In this document: positions 1-14,356 of the stretch, piece after piece
Layout: every line of letters starts with the position of its first letter
How positions within the stretch are numbered: position 1 is the first letter of the stretch
Assembly: GCF_006345805.1 (NCBI RefSeq)
Contig: NC_043001.1
Coordinates: 107,012,001 to 107,076,000, forward strand
Direction of reading: 5' to 3'
Origin: Octopus sinensis
Taxonomy: Eukaryota
Length of the DNA: 64,000 bases
Translations under genes and position numbers: made by a program
The notes under the pieces: generated by a model
What the model was told of the DNA's origin: nothing
Databases searched by the model: none
The model's input: the letters and a program-made list of their open reading frames with translations, nothing else

Positions 1-124
1 CTTCAGCAAGATACACTCAAATCCAAATATATAGTCTTGAATACTATTAGACCCGATAAAACCCTGGCTATTTCAGCTTCTGCATCTTCTAACAAAAATT
101 CACAAACAGAGAATGAAGAAAATG
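1..124 (+). CDS. USP36: USP36 exon (window-truncated), [14 protein letters not shown]...ENEEN
   Basis: Open in frame 1; donor G|GTAAGT at 125; phase 1. Confidence 0.88.
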
Positions 125-3100
125 GTAAGTTTGGTGGTATTCTTTTCGGGTGTTATTTTTCTTTAAAGTTCATTTTTTTATAATTTTTCATTGATGGAGT
201 GTAGAACAAAATGCTTTGCAGTATGTTGTTCTTTATTTAAGTTTAAAATTTTCTTTGGGTTTATCGTTTTATCCTTCCTTAATCTATGAAATTATATCAA
301 ACATGCATTGATGTAATCAACTGTTCTTTTCTTCGAAATTTACTTGTTTCAGTCATTTGACTGCGGCCATGCTGGAGCAACGCCTTTAGTCGAGCAAATC
401 GACCCCGGGACTTATTCTTTGTAAGCCCAGTACTTATTCTATCGGTCTCTTTTGCCGAACCGCAAAGTGACGGGGACATAAACACACCAGCATCGGTTGT
501 CAAGCAATGCCAGGGGGACAAACACAGACACACAAACATATACACACACACTTATATATACATATACATATATACGACGGGCTTCTTTCAGTTTCCGTCT
601 ACGAAATCCACTTAAAATGCATTGGTTGGCCCGGGGCTATAGCAGAAGACACTTGCCCAAGATGCCATGCAGTGGGACTGAACCCGGAACCATGTACTTG
701 GTTAGCAAGCTACTTACCACACAGCCTCATCATCATTTATATATTTAAAAAAAAAAAAAATTCTGTTTCATAATTTCTAATTCTTTCAGAAAGATGTTTT
801 CATCGGCTGAGATAGAAATGTCTGTAAAGAACTTTTTTTTTTCCTTAGTCTTTCATCCAGGGTCAATAAAATATCTCACAGTTAAGAACTGAGGTTAATG
901 TAACAAACCATATCCTTCCCTAAATGATGACAATTATTTTTGCTAGAAAGCATCCTCATCATTTTTATGAAACTTATATGTATGGAAGCCATATGGACCA
1001 CAGATTGCAAGGGAAACTGATTTCCCCAAATGTCCCAGTGGCTTTCTGGAAGTCGTAGGTAATTTTGGAAAGCGGACATTAAATGATGATGATGATGATG
1101 ATTAGAGCAGTGGAATAGCAGACTCTATAGTTGTTCTTTTACATTTTGATACCAAATTTCTTTGCCTCTTATCCTTCTGGAGTTGAATTTGTACTAATGA
1201 GAGGAAACCAGGCTTGATGTTTTACAAAGTATACAGCTGTGTTGAAACTATGTCAGGATACTTTTTTTGCCTTCATTCAAATAAGTACCTGTATTATAGT
1301 AGTAACAGTTTGACTGTACACAACTAACAAGTACATTATACTTCAGCCTAAGAAATTATTATTGTTGTTTCTAAAAGAAAATACTTGGCAGAATATGTTT
1401 TTCATATTTTTTATTTTCAGATACATCAACGATGAGTAATCAACGGGATGGTGATGGTCTGCCAACTCCCAGGTATGTTATCTACCCTGCAGACAAACTT
1501 TGCCTTGACTGGTGGCCTCGTAAAGTACAGAAAGTTGGTGCTGGCTTGCACAACTTGGGCAATACATGTTTCCTCAACGCAACACTGCAATGCCTGTCCT
1601 ATACACCACCTCTAGTCAACCATTTACTTGGGGATGAACACACAAATAGCTGTGAGTAAACAATTTTTAGCTGAATTTATTCTCGTGGTTACTCTTTTTT
1701 TTATCCATTCTTTCCCCAATCTGTTTCTATTTATTTTTTCCTTAATCAACTTCTTCCACTTTATCGTTATCTACTCATGCCATTTTTTTGTCCCCTTTAA
1801 CATTTCTTCCTTATCAACCGTTCATTGTCTCTTAGTTTGCTGTCCTTTTTCATCTCTTTCAGTTATTGTCTTTTCTTTTTGTTCTTATACACACCTCCAT
1901 TTCCCTATCTTAACCACTGTTCTTTATTTCCCTATGTAACCTGTATGTCTCACACTTGAGATAAAATGAAATGCTACTGAGAGGAGAGATACACTGCTTG
2001 GGTAACAGACTCATAACTAACACAGGTAACAACAGTGCTCAGGAACATCTCTGAAGTCTTTATTTATTTTCTTACAGGCAAACAAGTAGGTTTCTGTATG
2101 ATGTGTGAGCTTCAAACACACATACGACGCAGCTATGAAAATTCTGGCCATGCAATAAAACCTCAATCTATTTTGCAAAAGTTGAAAGGTATGTTATGCA
2201 AAACATCTTTTATCTCTATTGTTTACTTAGTGTTAAGATTCTAGTTCTCTCTAATTACCTAAAATATTCCATAGTTTTACCTGTAGGTAAGACCTTGGTG
2301 AATCCAAGTTATGAAATAGTTTCACATCTCCAGTTTTAGTAGTCTGAAATCATTTTGATAACCAATGCCCTTCAGAAAAGCACAAGTAATTTAAAATTTC
2401 ATTTTCTTTTCCTTACATGGTTTATGCTGAGGTAAGATAATTGGAATTATGGAAAATAATTTGTTGTGTATCCCCTTCCTTGTGTTTCTTTCCCCAAACG
2501 AGAGTGAGTTCAACTAAATAAACTGGTATGTACATTATCTTTAGACATAAGCACAAGTCATTTTGTCCAATACCAACTTAGCACTGTCAGAGGTTTTATA
2601 TTATATATCAGTTAATGATCCTTGATTTGTGTTACTATATTATTAAATACTCTGTTGTCTCTTTTTACAGTAATAGCTAAACATATGCACTTTGGTCGAC
2701 AAGAAGATGCCCATGAATTCCTACGCTACTTGGTTGATGCTTTGCAAAAGTCCTGTCTGAATGGTTATTTAAAGTAATTTTCATTTTCTATTCCTTCTGT
2801 CAAAAACAACACTTCACGCACTTTCAACTTGCTTTTCTGTTTTTCAACATTGTTGACTTTCATTTCTTTTGTTTATGAAAATTATTTCTGTGTCTGTGTA
2901 GTTTTGTATTCTTAAAGTTTAGTTTTCTGGTAGGTATCACAGACATCGGTTGGCTTTCCCAGTTCTGTAATGCTTTGTTCATATAAAGGCTATTTTTGTT
3001 TCTTAGTTACTGATTTACAAGAAAGATTTTTCAGTTGTGTATTCAAGGAAATGTTATTTCTGACCATTTTGCATTATAGGTTAGACAAGTACAGTAGAGA

Positions 3101-4240
3101 AACCACAGTAATCAATCAGATATTTGGAGGATTTCTGCGCAGTCAAGGTGAGTAAAGTAGCTGTTTAGTTTTAATGTTTCACCTGTTATTAATTATTCAT
3201 AGTAATTTTAATAATTTAGCTTTATAGTTGTAAATAAATGAGAAACAATATGGCTTTAGTTAGAAACGTTTTATTTCCCTGTGCTTAGATGTTGCGAGTT
3301 ACTTATTTGTGGTCCAAATATATTTCCTTCTTTTATATGTAATGCTTGTTTACAAGCATGGCCGTGTGGTGAGAAGCTTGCTTCCCAACCACATGGTTCC
3401 AGGTTCAGTCCCACTGTGTGGCATCTTAAGCAAGAGACTTCTGCTGTAGCATCGAGCAGACCAAACTCTTGTAGTGAATTTTGTAGACAGAAACTGAAAG
3501 AAGCCTGTTGTATATGTATGTGTGTGTGTCCCTCTACCACTTGGCAACTGATGTTTGGTATGGTTACATCTCCGTAACTTAGCAGTTCAATGAAAGAGAC
3601 TGATAGAATAAGTACCAGGCTTTAAAAAAAGTACTGAGGTCTATTTATTCAACCAAAAAAAACTTTGAGGCAGTGCCCCAGGGTGTATGCTTTTGTCCTT
3701 TGTGTGTATACACACACATACATACATGTAACTTTTATGTATAAATTATTTTTGTATGAGAACGGCAATAATAAACAATGACTAATGAGCTATTGTTAAT
3801 CACTACTTATCTTTTAGAAGGTAGTGGTTGCAGATGATGTTTGGAAATTCTGTACCAGTTGGGCTGGGAAGAGCCTCCATGGCCAATGCTTCAACACTGG
3901 AATTTATCCTACATAGAAGCTGGCTTTTGCTTATAAACTTTTTTCTGTGTCCACTGATTGGCAGTGATAGGCTTTAAGGGCAAGAACAATTGGAATTGGC
4001 ACTGAAGGGACCTGGTCTGAATGCTTGCAGTAGAGTTAACTCTGCTAAAGACATTCAAGGACTAAGTTTGACATGGGCAACCTTACTCAAGAAGTGGGCT
4101 GCATGAGACATGGCTCTACATCAGGCAGGACACGCTGCTACTATATTATATTACTTGTGAAATTAGATGTGTCATTCTGAAAGTCCTTGCCAGCCAGTTT
4201 GCCCTTGACTGTTCTAGGTGGTGTCTGTTACAGTATATGT

Positions 4241-4296
<56 letters not shown>

Positions 4297-4307
4297 TACA
4301 TACATAC

Positions 4308-4347
<40 letters not shown>

Positions 4348-4727
4348 TAAGGGTAGAAATCAATATTTATCAATTAAAACCAGTGGTCTAACATATTAAA
4401 AAAATCTGAAGATTAAATATTTATATATACCAATTAAGGACTGAACACGAAAAAGTGGACAGTCAACATGCTAGATATAGACGTGTTCAGTCCTTAATTG
4501 GTATATATATATATACACACATACATATATATATATACACACACATACATACATGACGGGGTGCTGAAAAGTTCCTAGTTTTAAGGGTATCACTCCTGGT
4601 TGGAGGCCCAACCTTCTGAGTTCTTTTACAGGGATTAGAAATTTTGAATAAAATCATTATTAAGTGATCCTCCTGTATTTTCTTTTACCTAAAGCCAGGA
4701 ATTTTTCAGTACTTCATTGTATATATT

Positions 4728-4784
<57 letters not shown>

Positions 4785-7700
4785 TCACGCACATGTTGTG
4801 GACATTAGAAAAATAATTATCTTTCTTCATTTACATTAAGTATATAAATTACTCTCCCTTTCTTCAAATTGTAACTTAATCCTTTTGTTACCATATTTCT
4901 GTTAAGATGCTCTGTGTTTCTTTCAGTTAATTTTAAATATAACAAAGAATTTAGTAAAATATTTTAGCTAGTATTAGGAATATAAATTGTGACTAAGGTT
5001 TAGTGGAAGATTTTTAATTCAGAACTTTTGAAAACAAGATATTTGTACTATAGAGCCAGAGGTGGTATCAAAAAGGTTAAATAACTGTTTCTGTCTTTAA
5101 ATTTTTTGCATTTATTTTTTTATTTTAGTTCAATGTATGCGATGTAAAGAGAAATCAAACACCTATGATCCATACCTGGATATCAGTTTAGATATAAAGG
5201 TAACTACATGCATATGTCTCTCTATTTATCTTTCATTTTGTGATTTTTTTTTTTTGCCATATCTCTCCATCTCCTCTTTCGTGCCTTTTCAATTGAAAAT
5301 GTTCTCTCATTCACTCTGTCTCGTTCCTCTTTTTCATCATATTTCTTTTGTTTTTCCTCCTTCTGATTCCGTCTGTATTTTTTCATTGTTTTCTCCCTTT
5401 CTGTTTTTTTCAACAATTTCTCTGTATTTTCACAGAATGTACCATCTTTAGAACGAGCGTTTGAGAAATATGTCACAGCTGAAGTTTTGGATCATGATAA
5501 TTCCTACATGTGTACCAGGTTAGTAGAATCTGTTCCTCTCTAATTCTAGTACTCTAATTCTCTGTTTCTATAAATTGTATGATAGTAATAATCCATCATT
5601 GTGACCATGACAATGATGTGGAAGAGGATAATGATGATGATGATATTAGAGAAATTGATGTGTTAGATTCTTTCTACTTTGGTATCCTGCATGAGTTCAG
5701 ATCTCTCAAAAGCTTGTGTTTCATAGCACAAGACTTAATATAATCTCCTTGTTCAGAATAGATCTATTTAACTATAATAATTTCCCTAAAGTACCCTTTT
5801 CTAGCAAGTGGGTGTAGTAAAACGTTATTAGTAGATGTGCAGTAGCAGAATAGAGGTAGCCTATCACTGCATCCACCATTTATTGGTGATACCCTACCAC
5901 TTGGAGCAAATGATGCCTCAGCCCCACTCCAGTGATAACCCTCATAACTAAGGGTTTGTTTGGGTTGTTGTTGCTGGTGAGGAATTTTCGAGCTCAGTAC
6001 AAATCGTACCTCAACCATGTTTAGTCACCTTTTATGACACACAGACGAAATGCTGGAGTCACCTTCTATGGCAAACAGAGGAAATGTTGGGTCTCTTCTA
6101 GTCCCCACATAGCATTAGAGCAATGTGAAATGACATGTTTTATTCAGGAACACATCACCCAGTCCGGGAATTGAACCCCTGGTCTGACAATTGTGATTGC
6201 AACACCCTAACCACTGGTCCACATGCCTAGTGGTTAGTGTGGACATGGTTGTGCAGTAAATAGGGCTTTTGAGTTTGTGGCCTGGTTTTGACTCCCCTTT
6301 TTGTAAAGGATTTTGGGAAATGTATGAGCAGCATGGTCCTACTCTGCCTTTTTCTTTTTAAAAGTATCTTCCTCAATTCTAATGACTTGCATTTCATTAT
6401 AAATCCTTATTTTTTTACAGGTGTCAACGCAAAGTAGTTGCTGAAAAGCGCTTTACCATCCATAAACCTTCCAATGTTTTAACAATTCAATTGAAAAGGT
6501 TCGTTTTATTGATTTGATTTGCTACTATAACCATTTATTGATTGTTGTTATTTTCAGATAATCAGGGGTATTTGAGTTTGTAAAAACAATACTGTATTTG
6601 ATTAAATACCATACTATATTTAGTTTCATTCTTCTCCACCTTCCAAAGTTTACCCTTTGCATCTTTCCATCTCTTATATATTAGGTACCAGTAATATACT
6701 GAAGTTACGTTATACTGTTCTTCTAACTCTGACCGTTTAATAACCTAGTTCAGTGGTTCTCAACCAGAGGCCACAAGACCTTTGGGGGGTCAATATAAAA
6801 TTTTGTTGTTAAAAATTACTTGCAAAAAATTCGCTATACTTCTACAATGCACAAAATATTTTCGCAGTTTTGTTTATACAATTCTTAATTATATTTAATT
6901 CATCGTCAAACGTCTGTTGTCCATGCTGGTATGGATTGGATGGTTTCACCAGGGCTGGCAAGCTGGAAGGCTGCACCAAACTCCAGTCTGATTTGGCATG
7001 GTTTCTTCAACTGGTTTCCCCTTCCTAATGCCAACCTCTCTGAGAGTGTAATGGGTGCTTTTATGTGCCACCAGCACGACACCGGTATCTGCCATGACTG
7101 CAGTTTTGCTCGGTTTGATGGATCTTCTTCTCAAGCACAACATAATGCAAAAGGTCTTGGTCATTGCCTCTGTGAGGCCCAACGCTCAAAAGGAGCTCAA
7201 CCACTTAGCCTCTATGAGGCCTAACACTTAAAAGGTGCTTTTTACATGCCACCACCACGGGTGCCAGTAACATGATACAAGCATCAGCCATGTCTACAAC
7301 TTCACTTGGCTTGATGCATCTTCTCAAGCACAGCATACCACCAAAGGTCTCAGTCACTAGTCATTGCCTTCACGAGGCCCAAAGTTTGAAGACTATGCTT
7401 CACCACCTGGTCTCTTGTCTCCTTGGGTCTACCTCTACCACAGGTTCCCTCCTCAGTGAAAGATCAGCATTTCTTTTATACAGCTGTCCTTGTCCATATG
7501 CATCGCATGACCATACCAGCGCAGTAGGCTTTCTTGCACACCATACCTAATGCCAAAGATTACACTCTGTTGAACATGCATTCTGATATTGCACATCCAG
7601 CGAAGCATACTGGCTTAATTTCTTTCAAGCTTACAGATGTCCTTGGCTGTCACAGACCATGTTTTACTGCCATGTAGCATAGCTATTCGCACACAGGTAT

Positions 7701-10700
7701 CATACAATGTGCCTTTCACTCTGAGAAAGAGGCCCTTTGTTGCCTGTAGATGTAGGAGCTCTCTGAACTTTGCCCAGCCTTATCTTATTCTCACAGCTAC
7801 ACTCTTGGTGCATCCACCTCTGCTACTAATTCGGTCACCCAGATAACAGAAGCTATCTACTACCTCTAGCTTATCTCATTGACAGCTGATAGAGTCTATT
7901 TTCTGTGCATTTTTGGTGTTTATTGCACCTGTGCATTTTCCACTCACAAAAGCAATTTTCCCAGTTAACCTTCTTCTGATATTGGTGCACCTTTTATTTG
8001 TCCAAAGCTTTTACTGGGTGCATCTTATGGCGTTTCTACCTACCCCTTTTCTACAGATCGAGCAGGGCCATCTACCTGAAGGATTTGTGATTTGTTCGCC
8101 ATCCTGCTTATTAAGACTTTGGTTTTTGCTAGGTTAACTCTAAGACCCTTCAGTTCTAGACCTTGCTTCTATACCTGGAACTTGTCTAGTTCTGGTAGTG
8201 ATTCAACTTAATTATAAAAAACAATAGAGTTCTTTAAAAATTAAATGGCTATGAGGCTCCATATGAGTAAAATAGGAATCTGAGGGGTCCATAGGCATAA
8301 AAAAAATGGTTGACAGCCTCTGATTTAGTTTATCATTAAAACTGAACTGTAATTGTTCTTTCTACTTGTTCTCTTAACACACTGTTTGTCTTTTGACTGT
8401 CAGACCACAGAATATTCTTACTAACTGTCAAAAACATTTTTCATTATATATTTTTCAATTAATTTGTTGCAATATTTTCAGATTTGATTACAACCGGTAC
8501 TTTGGCAAAATTGTCCGGCACATCAGCTTTCCAGAGAAACTTAATCTTCGTCCTTATATGAGTATTAGACAGGTAAGGGACCACTTCTATCTGGTTGTTT
8601 CTACTAATCTAGCCTCTTGAATATATTGAGGCAGGGTATTTGTACTATTAGCAAATATTGTATACATGTATATGTGTGTGTTAGTGTACTTGCCAAAATG
8701 AATCTTCATTGGCTTGGCACAGTTCTAACTCAATTGCTTGCATATGTCCAAAGCTTACACTGGGTGCATCTTATGGAGTTTCTACCTACAATTTTTCTAC
8801 AGATCGAACAGGGCCATCTACTTGAAGGCATTTGTGATTTGTTTGCCTTCCTACTTACTAAGACTCTGCATGTTCTTTCAACTTGCTGCTACTTCCTGTT
8901 ATTCTATACTACTTGGCAAGACTGTCTGTGGCATTGTCCAGTAAACAAGGGATATCTGTGGATATGATTTAATTTGGTGAATTGGCAGCATTGTTATGAC
9001 TGGAATACCATGAAGTGGATGATTGCTTATTTTGTCCTAATTTTTGTGAGTGGAAGTAATGTCAGAGAGCACTGAAGTAGAGCTAACTTGTTAGTGTTTA
9101 AACTAGCCATATCTGGTCAAAGTACTATACATGTTTTATGTTCAAACTGGCCAGATCTGGCCTCTCACACCAGTCCTACAATGTCATTCTAAAAATGACA
9201 TTGGCCACATAAAATGTGTCCATGCTGGAGTCACATAAAAAGCACTCAGTACACTCTGTAAAGTCATTGGTAAGGGCATCCAACCATAGAAACCTTGCCA
9301 AAAACAGACTGGAATCTGGTGCAGCCCTCTGGCTTGCTAGCTCCTGTTCAATGATTCAACCCATGCCAGCATGGAAAACAGATGTTAACTGGTGATGAAA
9401 CATTCACATCATCATAATCTCAAATCTTGCAAGATAATGCATGATTAATTCAATAAGCATTACTTTTGACAGGTTAATGTGAATGCTAAAGCATTAAGCC
9501 ATTAGCTGAATCAGAATTTCTCCAGTTGCTCAAGATTTCAACTGATTGATTCTTTAACCATTACTTCAAACTTTTTCTTCTTTCAGGGTGAATCACTGAT
9601 GTATAAACTCTATGCTGTACTTGTACATACTGGTCATTCCTGTACATCTGGTCATTATTTTGCATATGTACGGCCTTCCAACCAATCTTGGTATTGCATG
9701 AATGATAGTTCGGTAAGTAAATTATTTTCTGTTTCTCAGTCTGTTTTGTATCACCTGATTCATTACATGTGTACATCAAGCATTAACATACAAGCTAAAG
9801 CTAAACTACATTTGTTAACTGAACCACATACAGTCCAGATATCAGCTTAATATTAAAATCACTATATTGTATTGTCTGCTGTTGTTGGAGACTTGTGCAC
9901 TACCATTTGATTGTTTTCTCATCTGTGTTACAAATACAGAAATATCAGAAGATGCAACTATGTATCTTTTATCTTTTACTTGTTTCAGTCATTTGACTGA
10001 GACCATGCCGGGGTTACCACCTTAAAGAGTTTCTAGTTGAATGAAATGACCCTAGTACTCTTTTTTTTAATCTTGGTACTTACTCTTTTGGTCTCCTTTA
10101 CTGAACTGCTAAGTTTCTGAGATGCAAACACATCCAAAACTGGTTGTCAAATAGTAGTAGGGGACAAACGCACACACATGACTGACTTCTTCAGTTTCTG
10201 TCTACCAAATTCACTCACAAGACTTTGGTCTGCCTGAGGCTATAGTAGAAGACACTTGGACACTTGCTCAAACAAAGTGCCATGCAGTGGGAATGAACCT
10301 GGAACCATGTGGTTAGAAAGCAAACTTCTTACCACTCTGCCACATTTTTTTTTTAGTTATTATGCCAATTTTTTAGCTGAAATATAAGGCATTATTATTA
10401 CGGTCTTAAAGGTGGTGAGCTAGCAGAATTGTTAGCACGCCGGGTGAAATGCTTAGAGGTATTTCGTCTGTCACTAAGTTTTGAGTTCACATTCTGCCAT
10501 GGTCGACTTATCCTTTCAGGGTTGATAAATTAAGTACTAGTCAAGCATTGGGATCGATGTAATCAATTATCTCCCTCCCCTAAATTTCAGGCTGTGTGCC
10601 TGTAATAGAAAGGATTATAATTAGACTTAATTGCTTTTTTTCTTAAGCAATTACAATTCATTTCAAAAAATGTAATTTTAATGTTTTTGCTCCAAAATGT

Positions 10701-11628
10701 GTAAAATGTTATCTTAAAAAATTACTTCTGAAAAATATAATTATAAACTTTCTCTGTATATAGACTACAAAAAATAGTTTAATATTAGGGCATATAAACC
10801 CTTAATTTTATTTTTTGTCCCCACCCCCTATCAATGGGTTTATATACCCCAATATTAGACTAAGCAAAGTCTTGGGAGTGGATATGTTAAATGAAAACTG
10901 AAAGAAGTTCATCTTTGTGTGTGTTACTGTCTCTTTGTTTTGATATAGCACGATAGAGTTGTAATCAAGTGTCACTGTCAAGCAAGTGGTGTCCTTTGTT
11001 TCCAGTCTTCTGTGAAAAGTATGTCTGGTTTTGGGAACAAGTGAAGGTTGGCAACAAGAAAGGCATTCAGCCATAGAAAATCTGCCTCAACAAATTCCAT
11101 TTGACCTATACAAGCATGGAAAAGTGGATGTTGCAACAGTGATGATGTCTTAAGAGATATTAAAATTAATTGTTTGGTATTACTATGTATGTGCACACAC
11201 ATTAGTATACCCATGCTGTCAAAGATTAATGCATTTTGGAAATGAACTGACTGGAACTTTAAATAAGTGATTTGTCATAATATACCCTCTTTATATATGA
11301 CAAAAACTTGTTAAAACACATAATATATTGCAAGGCTATCCATGCTCAAACCTAATTACCACTCCATTCAAACTCACGTACTCAGAATAGAGAGTATATA
11401 AAGCCAGTAGTAACTCTTATGCATTGCAGTCTAACAATGGCTTGACTGGCTGAAACTTCCAAGTCTCTGTCAACAATATTCTTGTTTAAGAATAATAAAT
11501 ATATCACTATATGTCAGTTTTTCAGTATATCAGCACAGAATATATTTCCTATAGTTATTGTGAATTTGTTGGTATATAAAATACATTACAACTTTCATGT
11601 ATGGAAATATGTATATATTTGCAATACA

Positions 11629-11665
<37 letters not shown>

Positions 11666-14310
11666 CAAAATGTGACCGTGTGTGTACCGTTGGCAATTTT
11701 TTTTTTTTTCCTGTCTTCCCTTCTCTGGATCTTTCCTTTTCCTATGTATCTGACAAAGAGCTCTGCTCGAAACGTAAAACCCTCCTTCTTCCCTTCCTTC
11801 CTGAGCATCCAATAATACTATATTTGTTCCACATCTTCGCATTGTTGTGTTTTCTCTTTGTGTTTTCATGTTTGGATTAACTTTATATATATATGTGTGT
11901 GTGTGTTTGTAATGTTATAAAGATTATCCCTGGTAATTGTCAGTCTCTCTCTCTCTCTTTATGTTTAGGTGACAGAAGTGAGTGCTTCACGAGTGTTTGA
12001 ATCAGAGGCTTATATGTTGTTCTATCTTCGTTGCAAAGAAAAAAAAGCTGCAGTAAGTATTTAGAAAACAAAATTACTAATTTATTTTTTCTTTTATAAA
12101 TTTTGGCTGCACGTTGTCTGCCAATTTCTCATGTTAGTGCAGTAATTTAATCCTAGTCTATGGCAGTTGATTGCCATTAATAATTATTTTGATCTAACCT
12201 CTTTTTAGCATCTACCATCCAACAGTTTTTTCGTATTTTTTATTTTTCTGAAGAGGAGGAGTTTTTGATGAGAAACTGAGAACAAGGAATCAGTAATTGC
12301 CCAGGGCTGGAATATCTCTGGGTCTTGACAAGAAATCCAAATCTCTTTTGTGAATATGATTATTTTTTTGATTGTTAGGGATAAAAATGTTTCAGTATTT
12401 TCTATATTTCACATGTAGCTGTAAATATTAAAACCTTTTTCATCTCAAAATATCTTTTATCTTGTTTCAGTCATTGGACTGTGGCCATGCTGGGGTACAC
12501 CACTCTGAACGGTTTTAATCAAACAAAATGCCCCCAGTGCTTTTTAAAACTTAGTGCTTTCTCTATCATACACTTTTACCAAAATGCTAAGTTACAAGAA
12601 TGCAAACAAATCAACATTGCTTGTCTCAAGATGGTGGGGAAAAATGCAAAAACACATACACACAGACCCACATATACACCAAGCTTCTTTCTGTTTACTG
12701 TCTACTAAATCCACTTACAAAGCTTTGGTCAGCTCAGGGTTACAGCAGAAGACACTTGCCCATGGTTCGACTCAGTGGAACTGAACCTGTAACCATGTGA
12801 TAAGAAGCAAACTTCTTACTACACAACTGTGCCAATCTTTGTAGTATTACATGTCTTGCTTATTAATATGTCATGAAAGTGAATTAATTATTCATGAGTA
12901 GTATTGTTGTTGTGGTGACACTCTTCGTAATGTTAACGTTTATATTCAAGCATTATCAAATATTAACCAGTGGTAGATGCTATCAAGTTGCCGGACAGTT
13001 TACAAGAGCTGTTGCTATTATTAGCAAAGAGCAGATGTTAGATTCAAAAGAGAAGAAATGGAAGATTGTATAAATAAGTTATAAATGTGTAGTGGTAATT
13101 TGCAGCTATATTTTAGCTAATTGGTTGTGTTAAAATCATCATCTTCCTTTAACGTCCGTTTTCCATGCTGGCATAGGTTGGACAGTTTGACTGGAAAGCT
13201 GGAGTACTGCACCAGAGTCCAATCTGATTTGGCAAGATTTCTACAGCTGGATGCCCTTCCTAATGCCAACTACTTCAAGTGTGTAGTGGGTGGTTTTTAC
13301 ATGCCAGTTACTAAACACTGGCATTGGCCACGACTGCGATCTTACTTGGCTTGACAGGTCTTCTCAAGCATAGTATATTGCCAAAAGTCTCAGTCACTGC
13401 CTCCCTGAGGCCTGAAGCTGGAAGGGTGCTTTTTATGTATCACTGGCACGAGTGCTAGTTACGTGACTCAGGAATCGGCCACAACTGTGATTTCACTTGG
13501 CTTGATGGGTCTTTTCAAGTACAGCACATTGCCAAAGGTCTTGGTCACTTGTTATTTCCTCCATGAGGTCCAACGTTTGAAGATCATGCTTTACCACCTT
13601 GTTTCATGTCTCCCTGGGTCTACCACTTCTACAAGTTCCCTCCACCATTAGAGACTGGCACTTCTTCACACAGTTGTCCTCGTCCATACATATCTTCACA
13701 CAGCTGTCCTAATTGCCTCAGTTTATCAACTACTAAAGAATAAAAGTCAAATTGGCTTTGGTAGGTTTTAAATTCAGCATGTTAAGTAATCTAACTAAAT
13801 AGTCCATTGTTTCTGTCACTCCAGTTACACATTTAATTATGTCGGTGCTACTTACAATAATTTTAACATTATAATAATAACCATTAATAAAAATGTATGC
13901 TTTAATCCTTCTTGATGACTGGTTGTAATAAGCATTTATATGAGTTGTATTTGTTTGAGAAATTTTGATACAAAAATTTTTTTAAAAATTTTTCTCCCTC
14001 ACGTACCTACCTTCTCACAATATGTACCCGTTTAGGCCCTTTTCCACACCATATCCTCCTAATATCTCCTCCCTCTATCAGTGCGCACTCATTACATCCT
14101 GTCCCCTAGTTCCCACTTTTCAAAATCTTGCAAAGCCATCCACCAACTCACCCTCTCCAATCTTTAGTCCACTTCACTATACACATCTCCCTGTGGCATA
14201 TAGCCCTTGCCCCTTCCCTGTTACGTCTTCACCATCTTTTTGAATATATGTAGATTGTATGTCTATCAAGCCTAATTATGTTTATATGCCTCATTACCTC
14301 TCTCTCTTTC

Positions 14311-14356
<46 letters not shown>

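Noticed and set aside
297-773. Short ORFs overlapping SINE copies (also 3271-3577, 25382-25651, 50254-50598 and others)
   Set aside because: Recurrent translations of the same SINE consensus, not genes.
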